Program-made: the position numbers and the translations under genes
The notes under the pieces: generated by a model
Told to the model about the DNA's origin: nothing
Databases searched by the model: none
The model's input: the letters and a program-made list of their open reading frames with translations, nothing else
DNA from: an uncultured bacterium
Lineage (GTDB): Bacteria; Patescibacteriota; Patescibacteriia; Patescibacteriales; UBA12465
Length of the DNA: 64,000 bases
Reading direction: 5' to 3'
Assembly: GCA_942492765.1 (NCBI GenBank)
Contig: OW818634.1
Coordinates: 281,159 to 345,158, forward strand
Shown here: positions 44,006 through 53,184 of the stretch, in pieces
Position numbering within the stretch: position 1 is the stretch's first letter
Layout: the number at the start of each line of letters is the position of its first letter

Positions 44006-46444
44006 TTACTGGCAGCTTTCGCATTGCAAGCGTTCTTGCGGATCAAGCGGACAAGCTTTGTTTTCCGTCTCGCCCGCAGATTCTTTCGTAGCGCTGACCG
44101 GCGGCGCCGCGACTGCGCCAAAACCACGCTTGCCTAGCGCCGCGCCCTTATTGATCTTGACCGTGCTTTGTTCGGCGCTATGGCGCGGCTTCATGTGCAG
44201 ATAATAAGTCGTCTTCAAACCGCTCTCCCAAGCCGAGATATATAACTCCATGATAGTATCGATCGCTCGCGTCTCCAGATACATATTGCGGCTGATCGCT
44301 TGATCAACCCATTTCTGCGCCCGAGCCGCTACTTCGATGAAGGCTTCGGGCCGGACAGAAAAAGAATCCTTAAAGATAGCGCGGATATCTTCTGGGATAT
44401 TATCAAGCCCGCTGATATCGCCGTAGCTCGATAAGATCACGTCTTTCAAGCTCTCCCATAAGCCGAGCTCTTTCAGGCGCCCGACTAGATTAGTATTCAG
44501 CTCCAAATGCTTGCCGCCGAGAGTGTTGCGGCTGAATATCTGAGAGAAGCGCGGATCGATTCCGGTCGAAGTGCCGGCGACCAAGCCGATATTAGCCGTC
44601 GGGGCGATCGCCAAGAGCGTCGAATTGCGCATCCCTTTCTTAACGCGTTCGCGCAGCTTCTCCCAATCGAGCTTGAAATCTCGGCTCACCTTCAGAGCGA
44701 GGCCGCGATTCTTTTCTAAAGTCGACAAGGTATCATAAGGCACGCAGCCTTTTTCCCAGCGCGAACCGGGAAAATTAGGATAAGCGCCGCGCTCAATCGC
44801 TAGATCAGCGCTAGCGGAAATCGCTTCATAGCTGATGAATTCCATGAGCTCATCAGTCAACTCAGCCGCGGCCGGCGCATCATACGCCAGATCTAATGAT
44901 TCGAAGATGTCGGCTAAACCCATGACTCCAAGCCCGAGAGCGCGGTTGCGGCTGTCAAAATTCTTCGCTTCTGGAATCGGCGGTTCATTTATATCCACGA
45001 GATTATCCAAACTGCGTATCGCCAAGCGCACGCTTTCGCCCAGCTTCCTCCAATCGATCTCGCGGCCGTCTAGATGCCGCGCTAGATTTATCGAAGTCAG
45101 GTTGCAGACCGCCACGTTATCGCGATTCGCGGGCAGAGTTATTTCCGTACAGAGATTAGAACCATAGATAGTCCCGGTATTATTGTTCAACGCGCGCACG
45201 TTGATCGCATCCTTGAACGTGAGCCAGGGATGCGCGGTCGCCTGCAGCGAAACGATTATCTGGCGGAACTGATCAAGGGCTTTGAGCTTCTTGAAATGCC
45301 GCATCTTCCCCGCCTCGGCCAGCCGGCAATATTCTTCATAACGGCGGCTGAAATCAGCGCCATAGAGGTCAACTAGGTCAGGCGTCTCGGCCGGATCGAA
45401 AAGATACCAATCCGCGTCCGCTTTGACTCGCTTCATGAACTCATCAGAAAGATAGACGGCGATATTAGCCGTCCGCGTCCGCCGATAATCATCGCCGGCA
45501 TTCTGCTTCAGATCCATGTATTCCTGAAAATCAAGATGCCAATTCTCCATATAGAAGCAGAGCGCTCCCATCTTCTTGCCCGCTCGCGAAATCGCGCGGA
45601 TCGAAGAATCAATGATATGCAGGAACGGAATCGGGCCGGAAGAAAAAGTATTATTAGTCGATATCGGCGAGCCGCTAGCGCGCAGCTTGGTCACGGACAG
45701 GCCGATGCCGCCGGTCGCTTTCGACAGCTTCAAGACATCGGCCACGGTCTTGCCGATATGATCGATATCATCTTCCATATCCATGATGAAGCAATTGCTC
45801 AAACGCGAACGGACCGCGCCGACATTAACGTTGGTCGAGCCTCCAGGGACATATTCCAAGCGCGACATCTTCTCGTAGAACCGCGCGGCGATATCATCTG
45901 GATCGGCTTCGTTCCAAGATAAGCCCATAGCGGCGCGCAGCCAGAAATACTGCGGCAGCTCCAACAGGCGCTGATTCCGATCGCGCATCAGATAGCGGCG
46001 CGACAGCGTTTCTAAGCCGGCAAAAGTAAACAGATCATCGCGACCGATATCGGCCGCGCCGATCAGCTTGTCGAAGTCGAATCTTTCTAATTTCGGCGAC
46101 AACCAGCCAGCCTTGATGCTCGTCTCGATATTCTCTCGGAACTGCGCGCGATAACGCGACGCGAAGACTGGGTGGCCGCTGCTGATGCCCAGAACTTCAC
46201 GATAAAGGCTATCCAGCAAAAGACGCGCCGCTAAGCGGTCATAGACGGGATCCTCCTTGATATGCTGGCTCGCGGCTCGGATAATCACTTTTTCTAATTC
46301 CGCCTCGGTGATGCCTGCGTAAGACATCAAGGCGGCTTCGCCGGCGATCGCCGCCAAAGATTCTGCTTCTAGATTAAGCGCCGCTCTCTGCCCGTTAAGG
46401 CCGACGGCGGCTGATTTCAGCCTTTCGATTATTTTCGTATCCAT
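44006..46444 (-). CDS. nrdA: Ribonucleotide reductase large subunit, class I, without a recognisable ATP-cone
   Basis: 812 aa with SNCFIM, NLCTEITLP (active-site Cys/Glu region), APTANIG, and a C-terminal Cys-containing tail (CESCQ). Confidence 0.9.
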   Translation of the reverse strand: MDTKIIERLKSAAVGLNGQRAALNLEAESLAAIAGEAALMSYAGITEAELEKVIIRAASQHIKEDPVYDRLAARLLLDSLYREVLGISSGHPVFASRYRAQFRENIETSIKAGWLSPKLERFDFDKLIGAADIGRDDLFTFAGLETLSRRYLMRDRNQRLLELPQYFWLRAAMGLSWNEADPDDIAARFYEKMSRLEYVPGGSTNVNVGAVRSRLSNCFIMDMEDDIDHIGKTVADVLKLSKATGGIGLSVTKLRASGSPISTNNTFSSGPIPFLHIIDSSIRAISRAGKKMGALCFYMENWHLDFQEYMDLKQNAGDDYRRTRTANIAVYLSDEFMKRVKADADWYLFDPAETPDLVDLYGADFSRRYEEYCRLAEAGKMRHFKKLKALDQFRQIIVSLQATAHPWLTFKDAINVRALNNNTGTIYGSNLCTEITLPANRDNVAVCNLTSINLARHLDGREIDWRKLGESVRLAIRSLDNLVDINEPPIPEAKNFDSRNRALGLGVMGLADIFESLDLAYDAPAAAELTDELMEFISYEAISASADLAIERGAYPNFPGSRWEKGCVPYDTLSTLEKNRGLALKVSRDFKLDWEKLRERVKKGMRNSTLLAIAPTANIGLVAGTSTGIDPRFSQIFSRNTLGGKHLELNTNLVGRLKELGLWESLKDVILSSYGDISGLDNIPEDIRAIFKDSFSVRPEAFIEVAARAQKWVDQAISRNMYLETRAIDTIMELYISAWESGLKTTYYLHMKPRHSAEQSTVKINKGAALGKRGFGAVAAPPVSATKESAGETENKACPLDPQERLQCESCQ

Positions 46445-46487
46445 AAAAGAAAAATAAAATATTATAAATATATGAACTAGGCTTTCG

Positions 46488-46532
46488 CCTATGTTGTGGT
46501 CTAATTATATTTATTATACCATATGTAGTGGT
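46488..46532. promoter_or_regulatory. Candidate tandem NrdR boxes upstream of nrdA
   Basis: The related elements cctatgttgtgg (46488-46499) and ccatatgtagtgg (46519-46531) have right ends 32 bp apart. The gene-strand form CCACTACATATGGTAT matches about 12/16 positions of the remembered NrdR consensus acaCwAtATaTwGtgt. The second box matches mainly one half-site. Confidence 0.4.
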
Positions 46533-46541
46533 AGGGGACAA
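46513..46541 (-). promoter_or_regulatory. Candidate nrdAB promoter (TTGTCC-N17-TATAAT)
   Basis: The minus strand reads TTGTCC (46541-46536), a 17-nt spacer, and TATAAT (46518-46513), about 70 nt upstream of the nrdA ATG. The spacer contains one candidate NrdR box. Confidence 0.5.
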
Positions 46542-46573
46542 TGCCGCAAAATCCCCGAAAAATCAAATAAATA

Positions 46574-46598
46574 CCAAAAATCCGCCTGGCGGGCGGAT
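46574..46598 (-). terminator. Intrinsic terminator downstream of hpf
   Basis: The minus strand reads atccgcc-cgcca-ggcggat followed by ttttgg (hairpin 46580-46598). Confidence 0.6.
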
Positions 46599-46651
46599 CT
46601 TTAATCTTTTCTGTGGATAACTTTTAAACTCAAGGCGGAACGAGCACTTCT

Positions 46652-47008
46652 CTATTCCTCGTCTGGCAATTCTTCAGCGCCGAGTTTTTCCGCCTTCTTG
46701 CGATTGTAGAGCTTCTCCTTATATTTCTTGATGACTAATTCTAAATGATCCTTGACCTTATCGATCGCCTTATACATATCCTCTTCAGTCTTCTCGACGC
46801 GCAAGATCTCGTGCGGCAGCTGCAGATTTACTTCTGCTCTGAAGATTTCACCCTTATGCTGGCCGCCGACCGACTTCTCAATCTCGACGTCGCAATTAAG
46901 GATCTGGATGCCGCCGAGATATTTCTCGACCATATCCATCTTCTCCTGAACATAATCCCGGATAGCCGGAGTCATCTCTAACTTAGTCGCTTTCAGTTTT
47001 ATTTGCAT
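46652..47008 (-). CDS. hpf: Ribosome hibernation factor (short HPF/RaiA type)
   Basis: 118 aa with MQIKLKATKLEMTPAIRDYVQEKM...AEVNLQLP...EDMYKAIDKV, typical of the sigma-54 modulation protein/S30EA family. Confidence 0.85.
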   Translation of the reverse strand: MQIKLKATKLEMTPAIRDYVQEKMDMVEKYLGGIQILNCDVEIEKSVGGQHKGEIFRAEVNLQLPHEILRVEKTEEDMYKAIDKVKDHLELVIKKYKEKLYNRKKAEKLGAEELPDEE

Positions 47009-47028
47009 ATTTTTAATATTAATACTTC

Positions 47029-48189
47029 TTAAAAGAACTTAGCGATATCCTTATAGGTGACGAAAATGATAACCGCGATGAGCAACAGGAAACCGATGTT
47101 ATGGATAAGCGCTTCCACTTCCTTGCGGACGGGCTTCCCCTTCAGCTTCTCGATCGCTAGGAACAAGATGCGTCCGCCGTCTAAAGCCGGGAACGGAACG
47201 ATATTGATGATTGCCAGGTTCAAAGATAAGAGCGCCATGAACTGAAGCAGATAGGTGAAACCGAGACGAGCGGCTTGGCCGGTAATATTGGCTATTCCGA
47301 CCGGACCGGCGAATTGGTCGCCGACATTATCGCCGTGGAATACCTGAGCGAATAGGTGTCCGAAGGCGACTACTATCTGGCCCAAGATCCAACCGGTCGT
47401 CTTCGCCCCCTCCCAGAAGGCCGCGAAGAAAGGATACTGCACTAGCCCGGAAGAATAAATCGCGATACCGATAGTCGCGCGGCTGCCCTCTTTAACCGGA
47501 GGCGTCACTTTTATAGTCTGCTCAGCCCCATCCCTCTTGATTAATAATTCCGCTTCTTGTCCGGCGCTAGCCGCGACCGCGTCTTGCAAGACTTTCTCAG
47601 TCTCGATGCCCATATCATTGATACGCAGGATAGCGTCGCCAGCTTTAAGTCCGGCGCTAGCCGCCGCTGATTCCGGCAAAACTTCCTGGACCAATACTTG
47701 CGCGTCAGTGACGCGCGCTTTCCTGCCCAGCGTCTCTGAAGATTGCGGCAAGCCAATCATGTAGCCGACAGAAAACAAAATCCAGGCTAGGACGACATTC
47801 ATGATTACGCCGGCTGATAAGATAGCGATGCGCCGAGCGATATTCTTAGAGCTGAAGCTATCGCCTTCGTCCTTATCGCCGCCATTCTCCCCTTTTATCC
47901 TGACGAATCCGCCTATCGGCAGCCAATTAAGAGAATAGATAGTCGCGCGCTTAGCCGGATGCAGCGCCTCGTTGTCGCTCGCTTCCAAGCTCTCGACGCT
48001 GCGATTGCCGGTGACAAAACGCCATTTCCCGAACCGATTGCGATACCAACCCAGGGCTCGCGGCGGAAAGCCTAAACCGAATTCTTCAGCCTTCACACCG
48101 AAGAAACGCGCTGTCACGAAATGTCCGAGCTCATGCACGAGAACGAGCACGGATAAGACCAGCAAGAAGATGATGATTGTTACTAGCAT
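47029..48189 (-). CDS. rseP: Site-2 (M50) zinc metalloprotease RseP with PDZ domain
   Basis: 386 aa with HELGHF, a PDZ segment (AASAGLKAGDAILRINDM) and NLAIINIVPFPALDGGR. Confidence 0.85.
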   Translation of the reverse strand: MLVTIIIFLLVLSVLVLVHELGHFVTARFFGVKAEEFGLGFPPRALGWYRNRFGKWRFVTGNRSVESLEASDNEALHPAKRATIYSLNWLPIGGFVRIKGENGGDKDEGDSFSSKNIARRIAILSAGVIMNVVLAWILFSVGYMIGLPQSSETLGRKARVTDAQVLVQEVLPESAAASAGLKAGDAILRINDMGIETEKVLQDAVAASAGQEAELLIKRDGAEQTIKVTPPVKEGSRATIGIAIYSSGLVQYPFFAAFWEGAKTTGWILGQIVVAFGHLFAQVFHGDNVGDQFAGPVGIANITGQAARLGFTYLLQFMALLSLNLAIINIVPFPALDGGRILFLAIEKLKGKPVRKEVEALIHNIGFLLLIAVIIFVTYKDIAKFF

Positions 48190-48198
48190 AGATTAGGA

Positions 48199-48753
48199 TT
48201 ATATTTCCATGATATCCTTCTCCTTGCGGTCGCGGATATCTTTCAGCTCCTCGTTCTTCTTCGCCGAGAATTCGTCCAATTCCTTCATGAAGCGGAACTT
48301 ATCATCTTCGGAGATCTCCTTAGCCTCAAAGGCTTTCTCAATCAGATTCTTAACATTATCGCGAGCGCCGCGCAGGATGATGCGGACCTTCTCCATCTTT
48401 TCATTCAGCTTCTTCGCGAGATCCTTGCGATTCTCTTCAGTAAGCGGCGGAACTGTCAGCCTGATCTTATCGCCTTCGTTGACGACGCCGAGGCCTAAAT
48501 CAGCTTCGACGATCGCTTTCTCAATATTCTTGACGACGGTCTTGTCCCAAGCCGCGATGACGATGCTGCGGGAATCGGAAACAGCGATATTACCGACGGC
48601 ATTAAGCGGATTCATGACGCCATAGGCTTCGACTTCGACATTATCGAGCACAGCCGGATTAGCGCGGCCAGTGCGCAGGGCGCCGATCTCCTTCTTGAAG
48701 AAATCAAGCGCGTTAGTGAATTCATTCTGTTTGGTTTGTAGATACTGGTTCAT
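48199..48753 (-). CDS. frr: Ribosome recycling factor
   Basis: 184 aa with FKKEIGALRTGRANPAVLDNVEVEAYG...LTVPPLTEENRKDLAK. Confidence 0.9.
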   Translation of the reverse strand: MNQYLQTKQNEFTNALDFFKKEIGALRTGRANPAVLDNVEVEAYGVMNPLNAVGNIAVSDSRSIVIAAWDKTVVKNIEKAIVEADLGLGVVNEGDKIRLTVPPLTEENRKDLAKKLNEKMEKVRIILRGARDNVKNLIEKAFEAKEISEDDKFRFMKELDEFSAKKNEELKDIRDRKEKDIMEI

Positions 48754-48774
48754 ATATTTTTATTATTAATATTA

Positions 48775-49887
48775 TTATTTTAGTTTCACCGTTCCTAGAT
48801 AGATATTGTTCGGATTATTGAAATCGATGAGTAGGGCGCGGCCAGCGCGGGCGGTCGGCAGATTCTTAGTGGTCCAAGTCGTGCCGCCGTCAGTCGACTT
48901 GAAGAAGGTCGTATTGGTCACATAATAGATATTGCTGGAATTCTGCGGATCGATAGCGATAGCATTGATAGCCGCGGACTTATCGGGCTGGAGCAGCTTG
49001 ATGTTCTCCCAAGTGATGCCGTTATCCGGAGAGCGCAGGATAAGCTTCTCGGTCGCTAGAAAGATCGAACCGTCTTTAGCGCTCACGACAATGTCCTTGA
49101 AGCTCGCTCCGAGGTCGAAATCGCTCAGGACCGCGTTCAGATCCGTCCAATTATCGACGATGAAGTTCTGCTCGATATCGGAAGAATAGGCGGCATTAGT
49201 ATCAGTATTAGAAGTGAAGCTATAGATCTTGTTCTTGACGGTAGCGACGAAGACCAGGCGGCTATCAAGCGGCGAGATCAATAAGCGAGCGATGCCATCA
49301 TCTGTCCTCTGGATAGTCCTCCAGGCCGCGCCGGAGTCGATGCTCTTGATTATTTCGCCGCGGCTCGTGCCGATATAGATATTGGCGGTATTATAATGAT
49401 CGATAGCGACGGCATTCACGGTTACGTCAGTATTATTGTCAAAATAAATCTGCGTCCAAGTCCGGGCGCAATCAGAAGAACGATAGACCCGATTAGCCAG
49501 AGCCGCATAGATCACGCATTTATTCTTCGGATCGACTTTAACATCGCTGATGGTCGTTGTCGGTAAGCCAGAAACCCCGACCCAGCCCTTGGTGGCGTTA
49601 TAAGTATAATATAGGCCATGCTCGAAAGTGCCCAGATAAACCGCTAAGGAGTCTTGGGGGTCCATAGACATGACGTTGACATTGACGTCGCTGATAGACT
49701 GGAGGCGCCCGTCATTAGTCGGCACGCTAGCCACTGAACGCCAAGTATTGCCGGCATCGGTCGATAAGAACAAGCTGCTGTCTTTAACAGAGTTCCCTCC
49801 CGTAGAAGAGGTGGTGATGGAGCAGGCCGAGGCCGTGATCATGACAGCCGCGAGCGCGATTATCATCTTGAGATTTTTCCGATTCAT
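48775..49887 (-). CDS. Exported BNR/Asp-box repeat beta-propeller protein (possible lipoprotein)
   Basis: 370 aa. The signal sequence ends in ITASAC. There are five Asp-box-like motifs: STDAGNTW, SSDCARTW, SIDSGAAW, SPDNGITW and STDGGTTW. Confidence 0.7.
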   Translation of the reverse strand: MNRKNLKMIIALAAVMITASACSITTSSTGGNSVKDSSLFLSTDAGNTWRSVASVPTNDGRLQSISDVNVNVMSMDPQDSLAVYLGTFEHGLYYTYNATKGWVGVSGLPTTTISDVKVDPKNKCVIYAALANRVYRSSDCARTWTQIYFDNNTDVTVNAVAIDHYNTANIYIGTSRGEIIKSIDSGAAWRTIQRTDDGIARLLISPLDSRLVFVATVKNKIYSFTSNTDTNAAYSSDIEQNFIVDNWTDLNAVLSDFDLGASFKDIVVSAKDGSIFLATEKLILRSPDNGITWENIKLLQPDKSAAINAIAIDPQNSSNIYYVTNTTFFKSTDGGTTWTTKNLPTARAGRALLIDFNNPNNIYLGTVKLK

Positions 49888-49891
49888 ATTT

Positions 49892-50884
49892 TTAAAAATT
49901 TAAAATAATCTGTTCAAGCACTAAGCGCGGATTAACGTTCCCGGCCAAATAATCCTTCGCCTGCGACAATATCCGGAATTGATTCAATACCCCGGCGGCA
50001 TTCAAGCCGCTGCCGCCGTCGCCGCTATTTCCTCCTAAGGCTTCCAAAGTTTTCTCTAATTCTGATTTAAGAGCCGCGTGCTGGAGATGCTCATCCTTAT
50101 CAAGACTCAAGAGCAACAGGTCGCGAGCCAGGCCTTCAGCCATGAGAATCACAGCGTTCGCCGATTCGACGGCTGATTTGCTCCAGGTCTTATCAATGAA
50201 AATCTTGTCTAGGATATTCAAGCGATCGCTCGCGCCCAGACGCATCAATTCCAGCCAGCGGGTCGCTTTTTCTAAATAAGCTTCATAGGCGTCAGGATTC
50301 TCAAATAATTTCAAGGCGGCTAAAGGCCGGCCTAACGCCAGAGACGAAAGATCTTTAGCCAGATTCCGATTCGCGCCCTGATTCTTCAAAAGATAGTCAT
50401 AGATGGTCGCTGTGGGTACTGGATAAAAATATAGGACTTGAGCGCGCGAGAGGATCGTTTCCGGCAGATTATGCTCATCAACGGTCAGCAAGATGATAAT
50501 CACCTTCTCTTTCGGTTCTTCTAAAGTCTTAAGCAAGGCGCTTTTCGCTTCCGGGCTCATGAGGTCGGCCTGCTTGATGATTCCAATCTTATAGGAATTA
50601 AGGAAAGAACTCAAATTAAGCGTCTTGATTAATTCTCGGACAGCTTCGATCGAGATGCTTTTCTTCTCGGCTTCCGGCTCTAAGATATGCAGATCGCTAT
50701 TGAAGCCTTGAGGATGGCTCTGGAGATTATCCGCGAAAGCCAGAGCGATCGTGGATTTGCCCAAATCGTCGGCGCCAGTAAAAACATAAGTCTGAGCGAT
50801 GCGGTCATTCTTCAGGCCGCGCTCTAAGAATTCTATCACTTTCTCATTGCCGATAGTCGGCCATTTATAATCGGTTTCTGCCAT
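49892..50884 (-). CDS. holB: DNA polymerase III delta-prime subunit
   Basis: 330 aa with an AAA+ clamp-loader N-terminus (AQTYVFTGADDLGKSTIALAFA) and the SRAQ sensor motif (TILSRAQVLYF). Confidence 0.75.
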   Translation of the reverse strand: MAETDYKWPTIGNEKVIEFLERGLKNDRIAQTYVFTGADDLGKSTIALAFADNLQSHPQGFNSDLHILEPEAEKKSISIEAVRELIKTLNLSSFLNSYKIGIIKQADLMSPEAKSALLKTLEEPKEKVIIILLTVDEHNLPETILSRAQVLYFYPVPTATIYDYLLKNQGANRNLAKDLSSLALGRPLAALKLFENPDAYEAYLEKATRWLELMRLGASDRLNILDKIFIDKTWSKSAVESANAVILMAEGLARDLLLLSLDKDEHLQHAALKSELEKTLEALGGNSGDGGSGLNAAGVLNQFRILSQAKDYLAGNVNPRLVLEQIILNF

Positions 50885-50904
50885 AGAGTCTTTCCGCTTG
50901 ATAA

Positions 50905-53013
50905 TTATTTTCCGGTCGCGATCTTATCCAGGTTAGCGTTGCTGATCCCTAAGCCGCGGCTCCTGATGACGTTGAAAGCATCCGCCGGGCGGCCGAGATA
51001 ATATAATTTCAGCTTGAGCGGATCGAAATAATAGGCCATGCCCTTGTCTTCCGTTTTTAATAAGATACGTCCGGCCAGTTGTTTCCAGGCGCTCGGATTT
51101 TTCGCCAACGCTGTAAAATTCTCATTAGATATCCCTAAACCGAAACGACGCATCAAATTAAAAGCGTCGGTCGGGCGGCCGAGATAATACTTCTTGCTGT
51201 CTGTCGGATTGACATACCAAGCCTGCCCCTTATCCTGGACCTGCAATAAGATCCGGCCTTTCAGACTCTGAGCCAGAGAAGACGCGGCCGTAACGGTAGA
51301 GTTCGCGGATGAAGACGAAGATGAATTCGCAGTCGAGTTCGAGGCGGCCGAGCTTGATGAAGTCGAACTAGTCGAAGGCGCATTCTCTTTTATCCGCGCC
51401 TCGAAAGTCGTATCCTTATCCGCAGAAACGAGAATATTATACAGAATTATCGTCGTGCCGCTAGCATTCTTCGAACTAACGACATAGCGCCCGGTCTGAT
51501 TGCGGCGATACGGATTATAAGGAGCGACATAGATATAAGCTTGCCCGCCAGCATCAGTGGTCATATTCGAAATCAGGCCGTTATTAGGGATGATCGGATT
51601 ATTGTCAGCGTCATATTGCTGAGCGGAAAGAGAAAAATTATGATTGCGTTTCAGATTTCCTTTGCCATCGCGCAAGATTATCTTAAGTAGCGGCACGGTT
51701 TTAGCAATCGTCTTATCCGTAGCGCAAGTGAACTTAAGCGCATCGAAGAACCAGAACTCGCCGAGATCAGCTCTCTTATCCCAGACTTTCAAAGCATAAG
51801 TCTTGGCAGTGTCCGGCTTAAAAGCCACAGAAGCTCTCCCGCCCGAATCAATGGTTCCGCTTGAAACCTTGGTTCCGGCCGACGGCAAGCCATTCGCGTC
51901 AACTACCTGAGTATAGACTTCGAATTTCAATCCCGGAGCGATATCGCCGGCAGCATTGCGCAAAGTTATATTCAGATTAGAACTGCTATTGCAGACGCCG
52001 GTTGACGAAACCGAAGACGACGACGATGAAGAATAGGCTTTATCTAAAGTCAGGAGGAATTGACTGGTAGTGCCATCGGCCACCCGGTTATCCCAAACAT
52101 ATTTATAGGTCCCATCGGCGTTCTTAATGGCCAACATATACAGACCGGGGGCGATTTCCATTGAGCCATAGCCGTTGTCGCCGATAGTAAATTCTCCAAC
52201 TTTTGTACCTTTAACATAATTGTCGCTCGCATCCGTGCCCTGGTTATAGACCTCGACCTTCGCGCCGACCGCATTATTATCGTTAGCATCCTTTAGGCGG
52301 ACTTTTATGACGCTCAAATAATAATTGACGTTAGTCAGCTGGCCGTCATAAATCTGAATGTTATAGAAATAAGATTTCACGCCATTGTAAGTTATCTCCA
52401 TGACGTAAAGATCTTTCAAGGTTCCGTCGATGCTTCGGACGCTTCCCTGCGGCAGATAGGCCTTGACGCGACCGGTCGAACCGGAATTAAGGCTAGCTAG
52501 CAGCTCGTCCTTCATCGGTTCGCCGTCAGTATCGGTCGTCTGAGAATAAACATTGAAAGAAGTATTGGTCAGAAGATTATTATCAGAATCATAGAGAGTA
52601 AATGAAGCGCCGCTCAAAGTCCGCTCGACCGCGGCGGTTTCGCCGCAATCTAAATTTATCCCATAGAACCAGAAGCTCGCGTTATCCTTAGAAATTGTCT
52701 GGACGCGGATGACATAGGTATCGGACGAGACGTTAGCATTGCGCCAGATCAGATTCACACGGCCTAAGACCGAATCAGTATTGCCGCCAGTAAACTTGGT
52801 AGTCGGCCGAGTAAGGCCGTTCGCATCTCGCTCTTGTTTATAGACATCAACGCGGGCGTTCATAATATAAGCGCCGCCCGGATCGCGCGCTACGAAATTA
52901 ATACTCGTATTCTGATTGCAAGTCGCCGCCTCTGAAACTGACGGGGCTAAAAATAAAGCCGCAAAGAAAAAACAGACCCCTAAAATCAGCCAGGTTTTTT
53001 TTATCTTTAACAT
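50905..53013 (-). CDS. Large secreted modular surface protein (Ig-like/CarboxypepD_reg-like modules, Ser-rich linkers, tandem C-terminal repeat domain)
   Basis: The ATG at 53013 (MLKIKKTWLILGVCFFFAALFLAPSVSEA signal peptide) is preferred over the TTG at 53031. Several ~100-aa beta-rich modules are present (INFVARDPGG..., LNITLRNAAGD..., LKIILRDGKGN...). There are two poly-Ser/Thr linkers and two C-terminal ~60-aa repeats. Confidence 0.7.
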   Translation of the reverse strand: MLKIKKTWLILGVCFFFAALFLAPSVSEAATCNQNTSINFVARDPGGAYIMNARVDVYKQERDANGLTRPTTKFTGGNTDSVLGRVNLIWRNANVSSDTYVIRVQTISKDNASFWFYGINLDCGETAAVERTLSGASFTLYDSDNNLLTNTSFNVYSQTTDTDGEPMKDELLASLNSGSTGRVKAYLPQGSVRSIDGTLKDLYVMEITYNGVKSYFYNIQIYDGQLTNVNYYLSVIKVRLKDANDNNAVGAKVEVYNQGTDASDNYVKGTKVGEFTIGDNGYGSMEIAPGLYMLAIKNADGTYKYVWDNRVADGTTSQFLLTLDKAYSSSSSSSVSSTGVCNSSSNLNITLRNAAGDIAPGLKFEVYTQVVDANGLPSAGTKVSSGTIDSGGRASVAFKPDTAKTYALKVWDKRADLGEFWFFDALKFTCATDKTIAKTVPLLKIILRDGKGNLKRNHNFSLSAQQYDADNNPIIPNNGLISNMTTDAGGQAYIYVAPYNPYRRNQTGRYVVSSKNASGTTIILYNILVSADKDTTFEARIKENAPSTSSTSSSSAASNSTANSSSSSSANSTVTAASSLAQSLKGRILLQVQDKGQAWYVNPTDSKKYYLGRPTDAFNLMRRFGLGISNENFTALAKNPSAWKQLAGRILLKTEDKGMAYYFDPLKLKLYYLGRPADAFNVIRSRGLGISNANLDKIATGK
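50908..51260 (-). repeat. Coding tandem repeat (2 units of ~185 nt)
   Basis: The peptides GRILLQVQDKGQAWYVNPTDSKKYYLGRPTDAFNLMRRFGLGISNENF and GRILLKTEDKGMAYYFDPLKLKLYYLGRPADAFNVIRSRGLGISNANL repeat. At the DNA level, gggcggccgagataata recurs at about 50988 and about 51173. Confidence 0.8.
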
Positions 53014-53184
53014 TTTATTTAATATTAGCAAAATAAATTAAATATTCCTATTACCCCGGCAGGCTAGAAAAATCGCCAGGGATAACTGAGTTCATTATAG
53101 CATATCTGACTAGAAAATAAACTGGATTTTTCATTGATTTTTAGGGATTAAACTGATATATTTAGAACATAATCCGCTAAAAAT

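Noticed and set aside
51270-52045. Low-complexity GA/AGC-rich DNA tracts resemble microsatellites or contingency repeats.
   Set aside because: They are imperfect and in frame. They simply encode the poly-Ser/Thr linkers of the surface protein, and there is no exact unit repetition that would suggest slipped-strand switching.
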